21,913 nt of DNA from Pocillopora damicornis. Lineage: Eukaryota. The DNA lies in the NCBI RefSeq assembly GCF_003704095.1, contig NW_020846470.1:19971-41883 (forward strand), read 5' to 3'. Positions 9,328 to 19,103 of the stretch are shown here, piece after piece (the stretch's first letter is position 1; each line of letters begins with the position of its first letter). The notes below the pieces were generated by a model. That model saw only the letters and a program-made list of their open reading frames with translations. It was not told the DNA's origin and did not search any database. Both the position numbers and the translations under genes were made by a program.

Positions 9328-10800
9328 AACTGGGAGCTGGTCAATGTGTTGAGTCCAAATAAACCATCCAAGTAATGAATGAAGATTTTAGATATATGAA
9401 TTTCATATATTTAAATATATATTTATAAACTAATCTCTTGTTTGTAGTCAACAAACCATTGACAGAAATGTAGCGTCCACGGATTTACGAAAAGAGCATG
9501 GAAATGGAGCGTGTTACTCTTATTTTAACTTCAATGTTCATTGCAATCAAATCAAATAAAACCAAGGATTCTAAGGTATGCGCGAGTTGATTGGTCAATT
9601 CCGTTTCCGAGCCCACGTTCTACCAGGCCATTGACTCCCACAAAATGAGGAGAGCACCTGGCAAATCAAACGCTATTCATATGTACATCTGAATTGTTGA
9701 CGAGATAATAAATATTCTAATTCAAATAAATTACAGAAACTTTTGATTCTCTGATCTGCGATTGAAGCTGGTTCGGAAGGTTTTTTCTGTAAAACAATTG
9801 TTGAGGGTTTTGAGGAGGATTTATGATCATTGCTCAGTACTGACTGCAAGGAAAATTAGAACTATTTAATTAAAGAAGAGGTACTACACTGTGACTATAA
9901 AGTAGCTAAATATAAACTTATGTACATGGCATTTCGTGCATTCTGGCATGACTGCTTTTCATACAATTTGAATTGAGTAAACAGAATAGGAAAAACGCTA
10001 GAAGAGCAGAGTTCGCGGAGATAAACTAAAACCGAGAAAAAATTCCTGGTGCAGACCTGAGTTCTAAGCTTGGAAGGTTTTTGTACGCAGTAGTACTCTT
10101 TCGCATTCGTCAGACAATTTCTGGATACGAAAGTCTTGATTTCACTGTCAAAATTGATCAGTCTCTATTTGTCTCTGAACGAGGTTGTGCTTCATTTGAA
10201 ATTACGTTAGCCCTGGTTAGTTCTCTTCATAACTTCTTCTGAATCTTTCATCTCATTTTTTTCAACTATTGGGCTAATGCAGGTCCTCCTTACTCTTTCG
10301 AGCATTTTGATTGGTTTCTAACGCCAATAAACAATTAAGCACCACATAACAATCGCTTTTATGATTGAAATAAATTTAATTCACCACCTGACAAATCCAT
10401 GTTAAGGTTATGTCATGAAAGAAGTAAGATACATTTTCCAAGGGTTTATGCCGTGATAAACACTCACGGGATATTCGAAGAACACTCAGAAAGACTGACA
10501 ACGGCTCGTTATTCATGTTCTTTAAACAACCTGAGCGACTTTATGCCGCTAAACACTCTTGGATAAGGCTCTCTGTCGCCTACATAAATCACATCAGCAT
10601 AATTTTGCATGCTGCGGAGAACGAGTCAATACATCACTAAGTAGCTACTTTAAATGGAGATAAAACTCATTCCTACACTATTTTTGGTTTTTGGGAGATC
10701 TTATATCACCGTTTTTGAAAAATGCGGAAAGGACTCAAAGAAAATGTAATATTTAAAGCCTTAAAAATAAGTCTGAAATCATTCTCAGTTTATACGATAA

Positions 10801-11928
10801 CTAATTGTTAATACTCTCAGATTTGTGCTTTACAGAACGCAGCTTTCCCGCACACCACAAGACAATAGCAACATGTCCAAAGAGAACAAACATGGCCACG
10901 CCAACCGTGTTCATAAGAGTGGGCTGTGAAGAAAAACGATCTAACAGAGCTGATCTCCTTTCTTGAAGATCCACTTGGGCCGCGTTGAACGCCTGTTGGA
11001 TACCCATGGCGATCAATATATGAGCTAAATTGTGGCTTTGGCCAAAATTATCGAACACACCTGCCATTAAACGTTCTGGAACTCTCGTGGCGTACAGCGC
11101 GGCGCCTAAACCGCAGAAGACAACATGACGTTTGAAATACACCGTGGATATGCGGTTATACGCTGGGTCGGCGTTTTCACATAACAAAATACGGACCGTG
11201 TATGGTGATGTGATAACAAGCCAATTTACGGCAAGAACGCCGACCCTCAGCAAGGCTTTGTAATCTTTACAAAGTGGATGGTTTGATGCGCAACACAAAA
11301 AAGTTATGAAAAACGAAAAGAACGTCGAAATAGACTGGAAAACGGTAAGCGAATCGTGCACTGCCCAAGCAGACGCGCCCGCGGTCCTAGAGTAGAAAAA
11401 CATTGCTTGGCCGGCCGTGAACGTGTAAAACCCGATAGCCGCGTAGTCAAAGAAGAAACAAATTCTATGGGAATCCTCTGACATGCAGTTGAAAAGATGT
11501 GCAGAGGAACTCATTAAATACAGAACCGAAATTCCCACGGCGAAGGAGATCAGCGGCAGAAAAAATGGGTCAGTCGTGGGTAAGGACGTCATGTTTACAG
11601 ACACGAACAGTACTAGAGCAAGCAGGTGGCTCCAGACGTTTATAGTTTCGTTGGAAGATCGGAGCAAACTTCTGATACATTCCCAGAAGGTTAATCCAGG
11701 TCGTCGATAACCAGACACGATGAATGGCGTCCTGAACACTTCAGGGATTTGGTTGCTTGACAAGCCGTACTTTTTCTTGTTCGCCCCTTCAGAGTTCTCT
11801 TTTACACTTGAAGTTTTCTTCATATTGTCGCAGGCTGAAAAATTATTTTCCCATTCGTGACAGTTTGTCGGCGTTCTTTCTTTCATTTCGTTGGGTTGTT
11901 GAGGCCTTTTGTACGTCTTTAAATGCAT
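10801..11928 (-). CDS. PAQR family (class II, membrane progestin receptor-like) 7-TM protein; single exon; ~375 aa from first ATG
   Basis: Uninterrupted ORF. N-terminal IPEVFRTPFIVSGYRRP matches the recalled mPR motif VPPLFWKPYIYAGYRPL. Motifs present: NETINVWSHLL, SSSAHLFNCMS, DYAAIG, PERLMAGVFDNFGQSHNLAHILIAMG (three-His Zn site of the ADIPOR fold). Multiple hydrophobic TM segments. Confidence 0.85.
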   Translation of the reverse strand: MHLKTYKRPQQPNEMKERTPTNCHEWENNFSACDNMKKTSSVKENSEGANKKKYGLSSNQIPEVFRTPFIVSGYRRPGLTFWECIRSLLRSSNETINVWSHLLALVLFVSVNMTSLPTTDPFFLPLISFAVGISVLYLMSSSAHLFNCMSEDSHRICFFFDYAAIGFYTFTAGQAMFFYSRTAGASAWAVHDSLTVFQSISTFFSFFITFLCCASNHPLCKDYKALLRVGVLAVNWLVITSPYTVRILLCENADPAYNRISTVYFKRHVVFCGLGAALYATRVPERLMAGVFDNFGQSHNLAHILIAMGIQQAFNAAQVDLQERRSALLDRFSSQPTLMNTVGVAMFVLFGHVAIVLWCAGKLRSVKHKSESINN

Positions 11929-12502
11929 TCTCACGGATTAGCAGCTCCTTCTTTCGTTTCACTCAGCGATAAAATTGATTGATGGCGTTGTCTTCCTCAA
12001 TTAGACAACAGTTTATTCATTTGTGGGTCATTCACTTGAAGATTCCCGCCGTTAAATAAAAAATGTGGCTCACCTACGGCTGATTTCCTAGGTGCTTTCG
12101 CTTTTGCTCAATTTCCTTGAGCTTACCCGGTTGTCAAGTCAAGCACTGATATCAAACCGCTACCAGTTCTGAAAACGCCAAGCGCTGATCGGACCGCTTA
12201 CCAGTCGCGACGCTTATCATGAATAAATAAAATCGTTCTCTGCTACACTGGCAGGACAGATACGCAGACATTCTCTTGAAAAGTTCATTAAGAACTACAC
12301 GAAACCACAGATTAATACAACATTCCCGAACAAAACAAAGCCAGCGCTAAAACCGGTATGAAATGGATGACATAATAAGTTCAACTGGCTTGTAGAATCC
12401 CTCGCGCGTCTGCTCGCGTTGACTAACGTCATGTAAATTTTAAATATTTACCAGATCATCTTTCTCGAAAGCATCTCCCAGCGTTAGAACGCCAGCAATT
12501 AC

Positions 12503-12558
12503 CTTTGCCAGTATTATAAAGGCGAACAAAAGATTTTCGTAAATCTTGATTTTTTCGC
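12503..12558 (-). CDS. Possible small VWA exon (G)EKIKIYENLLFAFIILAK; weak
   Basis: Acceptor tatgcgccacag|GCG, donor GCAAAG|GTAATTGC. Phase-compatible with exon 13497-13763. Homology is weak and an alternative frame is also open. Confidence 0.25.
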
Positions 12559-13496
12559 CTGTGGCGCATAAATTTGATAAATTAGGAAAGTCACATTATT
12601 CATGTTAATATTTATTGTATAAGTCTCGAGGGACCCTCTGTTTATATTTGAATAGTTGCGTAAATATGGGCCAAACTGAAAATAATTTGAAACAAAACAG
12701 TAATACTAGTTAACAATTTGTATTTCAAGGTAAAAACACGTTCGTGACAAACTCCACAAAAATTTATCAATGTCACTCACTGAGTATTCGAACCATCGAC
12801 TTCGCAATGTATTACAAAAAAACGGACCGCATGAAATTGGAGTTAATTGTACAGAGATGTATGTAAAAAAAAAAAAACAATTCCGTTGTGATTTATTCTA
12901 TCTAGGAAAATCAACACAAATCTGATTTTCCTCGTTCTTCGCGGATGTTTCGGTATAGCTTAAAATGTACATTAAACGAACTAACAAAGCTAGGTGATAC
13001 AATACTGTAGCGAAACAAAACGATAAAATTCATTCATTGGATAGAGAAAAGGTTGCTAGAAGCAGTACCCTTTCGTGAGGGCTTCTCGCTTTTTTTGTTT
13101 CTTTATAGTATCAAAGCAGGTGATAACTCTGGACAATCAAGTCACCAGAAAAGTTTTATTTAACAAATTTCTATGGAAACGTTAGCGTTTCAGCGGAAAT
13201 TCGCTAATCGTAGTGCTATAAATCACGACGTTTGCTTGAATGTAACGGTTGAAGCGCATGCATGAAATGCACGCACAGTCAGTCTTCTTGTTATAATTTC
13301 TGTCTAGACGGATAATTCCCTTAAATTATTGAGAAGAATTTTTTAGATGCAATAACCTATCATCAAAAGGATGCTCTAAGTGGATAGAGTTCCACAGTCG
13401 TAATATATCCTTTGAACTAGACTAAAAGTAGACTGCTTTATAGAGCTCTTAAAATAGCCCTCCAAGTGGAGCCCCGCACAATGCGAGCAGGGCTAC

Positions 13497-13763
13497 CACA
13501 GGAACAAGTTGATGTAGTATCTGAAAAGAATATTATTCTCTCTACTTGAGATAAGGTATCACGAGGAAACATATCAAAATTCCATGCAGCTCTTGATAAA
13601 ACAACAACTACTTCAGACCCATAAAAACATCCGTAAGCAAGCACCTTCGAAAATCCTCGCGTTTGGGGCGTATATTTTAATACAGGAAATAAATGGGCGC
13701 TTTTACAAGGGCAAGAGAAGACACTCATTGAATTTTTCCCAAAAACGAGGCCAGATGTGGTCA
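13497..13763 (-). CDS. VIT/VWA gene exon (central VWA): (M)TTSGLVFGKNSMSVFSCPCKSAHLFPVLKYTPQTRGFSKVLAYGCFYGSEVVVVLSRAAWNFDMFPRDTLSQVERIIFFSDTTSTCSC (phase 1 in, 1 out)
   Basis: Acceptor (T-rich)cattctgcatcttaaag|TG. HLFPVLKYTPQT aligns with the recalled VWA5A CFPESVKYTQQT, and IIFFSD with LFVFTDG. Donor TGTG|GTAGCC is tentative; an alternative is ATT|GTGCGG at 13480. Confidence 0.55.
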
Positions 13764-13780
13764 CTTTAAGATGCAGAATG

Positions 13781-13824
13781 AAAAAAACAAAAACAAAAAC
13801 AAAGAAAAAATAACAACAAAAAAC
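13781..13824. repeat. (AAAAC)n-like A-rich microsatellite
   Basis: aaaaaaacaaaaacaaaaacaaagaaaaaataacaacaaaaaacc; on the minus strand it forms the T-rich polypyrimidine tract of the acceptor of exon 13497-13763. Confidence 0.8.
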
Positions 13825-14790
13825 CAGATACTATGAGTAGAATAGAAAGATGGTGAATGTTAGGATCAGTCACAACTTACAATTTTGCAATGAGCGCTAT
13901 GTAGAAGAAAAGGAAATGGTTTCCTTTATTGAAATGCTTTAGTTAGAAGCTATTATCAGTTATTGGAAGAAAGGATAGACGAGTGTGATAAACCAGTCAA
14001 AGAATCAACGCCGAAATCTAATCCTCTCTCATAATAAAACATTGTTCTTAAAGGTTTTGTAACTCGTCCTTACAACAAAGGGACGGAAGAGAGCGCTTTT
14101 TTCAATTGTTTCTAATTTTTTATTGGAGGGCCGTTCATTTAAAGAGAGCTGCTGAAACGAGAATTGAATGTGCGCCACTTAAAAGCAGTTATTCTGATAA
14201 CAGTTCGAGTACGATGACCAAAGCTGTCTCAAAATTTGTTTTAACTACAATGGTAAAAACATTTTGCGAGTAAAAACAATCATGAAATCAATTTACAAGT
14301 AGAACAAAGGTACTATGTCTGTAAAAAGTTCATTTCCATGCAATTTTCATGGACATTACATTACAATGATCAGCACAAGAATAGCGTGGAACACTGAAGT
14401 GTTAATAGGCCATTGATATCTGCAAAAAATTAATTCAAATACCTTTCTAATTAAGAATATATATAGAAAACCTCATTAAAAGATCAAGTCCTAATTGGAA
14501 GAAAAAGTTTCGGACATTTCTCTGAAGAGGACAACTTGCCTCGGTGATATAAAACATCCGTACTTAAAATAACAAAAAATATTCAAATAAATTCATGCTA
14601 TATGTATCTCAACAGTAGAAAGCAAACCGCTTGTTCTTCTTTACAATTTTCACGCTTTCCTCTTTAGAAAAACAATGGCAAACTTAAAATAAATTTTACT
14701 TTTGGAGGAAACATCCACTTCGATCAAATTACAGTATTTGCAACATAGGCGAACTTCTCGCCTTCCTTCGCAGAAATTTAAAAGTTCAGT

Positions 14791-15903
14791 TTAAGTAGAT
14801 TTATCATGTCCAATTTTACCGGATGAATTCGAAATTAAAGACCTAGCAAACCAGAGTACGATAGCGAGATTCCCAACCAGAACTAAAAGAGTCAAACCGA
14901 TCGTCTCGAAAAAACTCGGTGTATGTTCCGTGCTGAGGAATTCTTTTCTGGCTGAGAGATCCGAAAGGAGAACGGAGAATGCAAAATGGTCACCGGTAGT
15001 GGTAAGCACATGAAGAAAGTTGTGACTTTGCCCGATAAAATCGAAGAACCCGGGAACGAACCGTTCAGGTATTCGGGTCATATTCATTAAGGCAGCGGCG
15101 GCGAACGAGATAAGACACCCTACGAAGAGACCAAGAGAATCGGGATTGCATGCAGGATCAGAAGAGCACAAGAACAGACGAACGAAGTACGGTGAACAGT
15201 TGTGCAACCAGGATAGGATGTAGAAACCGGTGCGGACGATGAAACGGAGATCGAACCACTGATGACGAGACTTGCAACAGTTGAAAGTGGCACTGAACGA
15301 AATCAGGGCTGAAACGAATAGGAACAACTCCCGCCAGTCGAACAAAAGGAGCCCAGATCCCAGCGGATGGCTGTAAAAATAGAAGGCTTGACCATTGGTA
15401 AATGTGTATACGCTGATAGCAGCGTAATCCAGGTAGTACCCGATGTGGTTTTGTAGCTCGGTCATAGAGCTGAACATATGGGCCACACAACTCATCGTGT
15501 ACATAATGCAGCAGCCGAGAGTGTACGACACCAGTGGAAAATAAAAATGATCAGTGAAAGGATTATGGTTCCACACCACTGAGCAGTAGCGGGCAATGAG
15601 TATCACGGCGGAGAGAACATGGCTCCAGAAATTTACTGTCTCGTTGTTGGCGTAGAAAACACTCTTCACGCTATCGAGAGCGGTCAGGTTACGCGGCCGG
15701 TATCTTGTCGTAAGAAACTCGGTGCGGAAAGCTTGTGGGATTTGATCTTCACGTAATAACATGGAGTAGCGGTGGACCTCTTCAGTTTTACCTTCTTTCA
15801 GTGACCCATTTTTGTAAACACTATCATCTAAATCGTGCGACATCACCGCACCGTTTCGTTCGACTTGTTTAAGCTTTCCTTGTCTCGTCAGCACCTTCGT
15901 CAT
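14791..15903 (-). CDS. Second PAQR family (mPR-like) protein, paralog of 10801-11928; single exon; ~371 aa from first ATG (MTKVLTRQ...)
   Basis: ORF open to 16002, but the first ATG is at 15903. Motifs: IPQAFRTEFLTTRYRP, NETVNFWSHVLS, SCVAHMFSSMT, DYAAIS, PERFVPGFFDFIGQSHNFLHVLTTTG. Roughly 40% identical to the other copy. Confidence 0.85.
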   Translation of the reverse strand: MTKVLTRQGKLKQVERNGAVMSHDLDDSVYKNGSLKEGKTEEVHRYSMLLREDQIPQAFRTEFLTTRYRPRNLTALDSVKSVFYANNETVNFWSHVLSAVILIARYCSVVWNHNPFTDHFYFPLVSYTLGCCIMYTMSCVAHMFSSMTELQNHIGYYLDYAAISVYTFTNGQAFYFYSHPLGSGLLLFDWRELFLFVSALISFSATFNCCKSRHQWFDLRFIVRTGFYILSWLHNCSPYFVRLFLCSSDPACNPDSLGLFVGCLISFAAAALMNMTRIPERFVPGFFDFIGQSHNFLHVLTTTGDHFAFSVLLSDLSARKEFLSTEHTPSFFETIGLTLLVLVGNLAIVLWFARSLISNSSGKIGHDKST

Positions 15904-16499
15904 TTTTAACGATTTCTCCGCTCCTAAAAATATTTTTGCTTTTCTGAACCGGCGCCGGCGCTTCGCTTGTTGATGAATCGATATTGCAAACTGTAAAAAC
16001 AATTATGCAAATTCCAAACAATACGTAAGAACTGAGCAGATCTAACTTGCGCACGTTCAAAGTCATCTTCGTGGGTTGCACATTTTAAATAACGAAAAAT
16101 CATTAGAAAACGACAAATTAAAAGACACATTCTGGAGAAAACTTTACAGTAAAATCCTTCTAAAGCATCTGTATCCGTTGGATTTAATAATGGTTTCAAA
16201 GTTTTGAGTATATGGACTTTAAACTACTATCAATTAAAGAGTCTGATTATCTTTTGACTAAATAATTGACTCGTGACAGAATAGAGTGATTTTCACAATA
16301 TCTGTAAAGAATGAAGCAAAACCAAGTTTCTTTTTCTCTCTCTCTCGCACAGTTAAACCATTGCTTTATTTATTTGAGAGTTATGAACACACTGAACAGA
16401 GGTTTAAATAAAAAGGTTGGAGAGAAGAAGCTTACGCTCAAGAATCTTGAAGGGAGTACTTAAAGAAAGGAAAATACGTCACACCATAAGTGAAATTTT

Positions 16500-16560
16500 T
16501 TAAATGTCTTGAAATCCGCAATCGTTACGACGTGACGTTAACGCGCGACTGATTATCATG
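16500..16560 (-). promoter_or_regulatory. CpG-rich block with TGACGT (CRE-like) half-sites upstream of the nested PAQR gene 14791-15903
   Basis: atcgttacgacgtgacgttaacgcgcgactgattatcatg lies ~600 bp upstream of the ATG at 15903 on the coding strand. A tatttaaaat TATA-like motif lies ~185 bp upstream (around 16085). Confidence 0.25.
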
Positions 16561-17121
16561 CTGAAATGCACTGGCGTTTTTCAAGGATAGTTATTTCATA
16601 TTTGCACGCTTGAGTTGTTACAAAATTACGCTTCAAAATGCACACCATTTAACATCTAAATCCAGGTGGTTTAAGATGTGTTCAAAAATTAAAACTTCAG
16701 ATATTTCGACTCCACTCTAACGGTTCACGAATATCGCACCACAGTTGTGGTGTCGGCTCCAGGAACATTGCACATCATGGGGACGAGTATGTGCAAACAT
16801 CGTGGTGCCTGAAGACATTAGTTGTTAAAAAATTTAAAACAGATTTTTTTCGAGCTTCTCTTTTACACTTGGCACTGTTCTGATCTTCGTGCTTTAGGAG
16901 TGGTGCCCTCTTATGTCTAACGTGGCTTCAACGGAGTCTACGAATGTGAGGCGCATGAGCGAATGCAATTGGCTATTCTGACGAAAATATGACCATGGAC
17001 TAGTATGAGATAAGACACATGAAACTTTCTTTTCCAATGAAGAAACGCATTTGAGTTGCAATGTTTAAGTCCGTGGTATATCTTTTTTCAAAAAATCCCT
17101 TTAACACACAAATGAACTTAC

Positions 17122-17215
17122 TGCTTCCAAACACGAGTACGTTGAAAATCCAACCTTCCTTCACAAGACTAAGGCACATCAGTAGTATCTTTTTGGCGTC
17201 GTTAAGATTTGAACC
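17122..17215 (-). CDS. VIT/VWA gene exon (VWA alpha1/betaB): GSNLNDAKKILLMCLSLVKEGWIFNVLVFGS (phase 0 in, 1 out)
   Basis: Acceptor ttttctctaacag|GGT, donor GGAAGCA|GTAAGTTC. Aligns with the recalled VWA5A segment RIQAAKETLILLLKSLPIGCYFNIYGFGS. Continues the MIDAS motif of the previous exon. Confidence 0.7.
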
Positions 17216-17754
17216 CTGTTAGAGAAAACAGATGTCAGCAGTATAACATATTTTTTTCAGAGCAATAAGGACAATGGTGCAGTTCTGGGCCCAGTTGTTC
17301 GAAGGCCGATTAGCGCTAACCCAGAATTAAATTTTAGTCTGCTTTTAGATCTGAAATCAGATTTCACAGTAACCCTAGAGCTTGGTTCGTTCCTTGTAAA
17401 AGGAAGATGGGGTCTGTAATTGGCTTAAGTATATACTACAATGGGGTTGGGGTTCTGAGAGGCCAGCGGCACGTTTCCGGAAAAAATTGACCCAGGTACC
17501 TTCCTTGCCCTGGCTTATCGTTTCCTTCGGAAAGTACAAATAGCACAACCTGAGATTAAACAGCTGTGGACAAACCATAGAAAAATGACGCAAATTTCCT
17601 AATTAAATGGTTCTGGAGTTTGAGATTAGCGCCGGAAATGAACAGCTCTCATTTGATCCCCAGAGGGATTTGCTTTAGCATGCGAAGAACATAACTACTA
17701 CGCGCTTCTGTACAGAAACGTACAAATAATATATTGACAGAGATCAACACTGAC

Positions 17755-17847
17755 CTTCATTGAGCAGGAAAGATCAAGCAGAAATATCACTTCAACTTCA
17801 GAAGGACTTTTAGCCTCGAACTCAGGATAAAATGTGAGCATACAAGC
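17755..17847 (-). CDS. VIT/VWA gene exon (start of VWA domain, MIDAS DxSxS): ACMLTFYPEFEAKSPSEVEVIFLLDLSCSMK (phase 0-0)
   Basis: Acceptor catttttcctctag|GCT, donor ATGAAG|GTCAGTG. Aligns with the recalled VWA5A segment VSFYPNIPEDQPSNTCGEFIFLMDRSGSMQ. Confidence 0.75.
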
Positions 17848-18080
17848 CTAGAGGAAAAATGCGTCCATGAGATTAAAGGTCTTTAGAGGAGAACACACGT
17901 GGCCCTCATCGCCCTTCCACAGCAGAAAGCAACTAAGAGGATCTTAACTCTTTTGGAATGGAAAGGCAGGTCGTCACAGGTCCTGAGTATTAACCTTGCT
18001 ATTCCGCCTCTTTACATCAAAAGTACAAGTGATTGTAAGTGTTCAATGTGAAAGATAACACTAGAGAGCTGACCACTGAC

Positions 18081-18218
18081 CTGTCTATCTGAATTGTTGG
18101 TGTGCCGCTCCACCCACATCCGGGGTACGTGAATCTCTGCTAAACCAATCAAAAGTTGAAATCCATCCCCAAGAGACTGGCCTGGCTCCAGTTCTATCAC
18201 TGCTTTGGTGGCTGTTCG
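18081..18218 (-). CDS. VIT/VWA gene exon: RTATKAVIELEPGQSLGDGFQLLIGLAEIHVPRMWVERHTNNSDRQ (phase 0-0)
   Basis: Acceptor tctctatccag|CGA, donor GACAG|GTCAGTGG. Aligns with the recalled VWA5A segment TSAQVSLAAGHKFDRDVELLIYYNEVHTPSVVLEMG. Confidence 0.75.
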
Positions 18219-18716
18219 CTGGATAGAGAAACAAACAAACATGAATATTCAGATAACAACGTTATGCTGGGCTAATGCTCGAAACGCTAGGTTTTCAAAA
18301 TTCGCTGCAGCGACTCATCTACCTTTATCAACATATAGTTTACAATTAACAAAAGGCGATTAAAATCTTCCTCTCTAGAATCGTGGATAGAAGAGGAAAT
18401 GCGAAAGGCACAAGTAAGAAATGAAGTCAAGAAATATAACTAGAGAGCGCTATTCAATTGCGTATTTTAAAACCAAAACTTGAGGAAAATATCAATGAGA
18501 TATCAAAGTAAAACCGAAACCTCGTGAAGCGCAGGAAAACGCGGGCGATCAAGTCGTGATCGGTTTTAGTCTTGTAACTGATTAATTGAGAAGAAGAAGG
18601 CGCGAGTTTTCTGGACCAGTCACAAAACATAGTTGAAAGTAGCCAATGCAGTCCGTTACATCTTTCGATACGCAATGAAAAAGTGCTCCACAAAAGCGTG
18701 AGTGAATGAATATTAC

Positions 18717-18810
18717 CTTAACTTTCATCGCATGAGTCGGTGAGTCAAGTGAGCGAATCTCAAAGGGCATCTCCACGGACACTTTCATAGAAACGTCAAA
18801 GGCGGGATCG
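18717..18810 (-). CDS. VIT/VWA gene exon: (C)DPAFDVSMKVSVEMPFEIRSLDSPTHAMKVK (phase 2 in, 0 out)
   Basis: Acceptor cgttgttctctttcag|C, donor GTTAAG|GTAATATTC. Aligns with the recalled VWA5A segment DLPYTLSMVATIDSQHGIEKVQSNCPLSPTEY. Confidence 0.75.
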
Positions 18811-18953
18811 CTGAAAGAGAACAACGAATTAAGGATAATAAAAAAAGGAAATGCAGCTTAATTTCTCAAGGTTGCACCCGAGCAACTTTCAAAAATAAAG
18901 AGAAAAAATTAACAGCTGTTTACAAATCAATGCACTCCCATCCCAGAACTCAC

Positions 18954-18994
18954 CAGGGTCCCACTTCCCCTATCCGCACTGTATCCACATAAGT
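18954..18994 (-). CDS. 41-nt micro-exon: TYVDTVRIGEVGP + 2 nt (phase 0 in, 2 out)
   Basis: Required to bridge phase 0 (exon 19104-19268) to phase 2 (exon 18717-18810). Acceptor tttttttttcttatcag|ACT, donor CCCTG|GTGAGT (consensus). Confidence 0.5.
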
Positions 18995-19103
18995 CTGATA
19001 AGAAAAAAAAACAAAAGAACTTGATTCAACGATGAAGTTGAAGTCAAACGCGCAACAACACAAAAGAAGTAAGTAAAAGAAGGCATAAAACGTGGGTCAT
19101 GAC

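Noticed and set aside
11483-11972. Plus-strand ORFs (75 and 71 aa) antisense to the PAQR gene
   Set aside because: Antisense shadows of a long coding ORF, with no independent support.
15904-16002. N-terminal extension of the PAQR ORF 14791-16002 (MFLQFAISIHQQAKRRRRFRK... in the track)
   Set aside because: The track start is a non-ATG (TTG) codon. The extension contains no ATG, so translation most plausibly starts at the ATG at 15903. Likewise 11934 is a GTG and the real start is the ATG at 11928.
17500-17563. Splice-flanked 64-nt candidate exon LFNLRLCYLYFPKETISQGKE
   Set aside because: It lies between two exons (17755-17847 and 17122-17215) that are consecutive in the protein, so it would be out of order. 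Its VWA similarity is weak.
19044-19103. Continuation of the VIT exon ORF past the donor (VMTHVLCLLLLTSFVLLRV)
   Set aside because: Hydrophobic read-through into the intron. A phase-restoring micro-exon and the next homologous exon follow instead.
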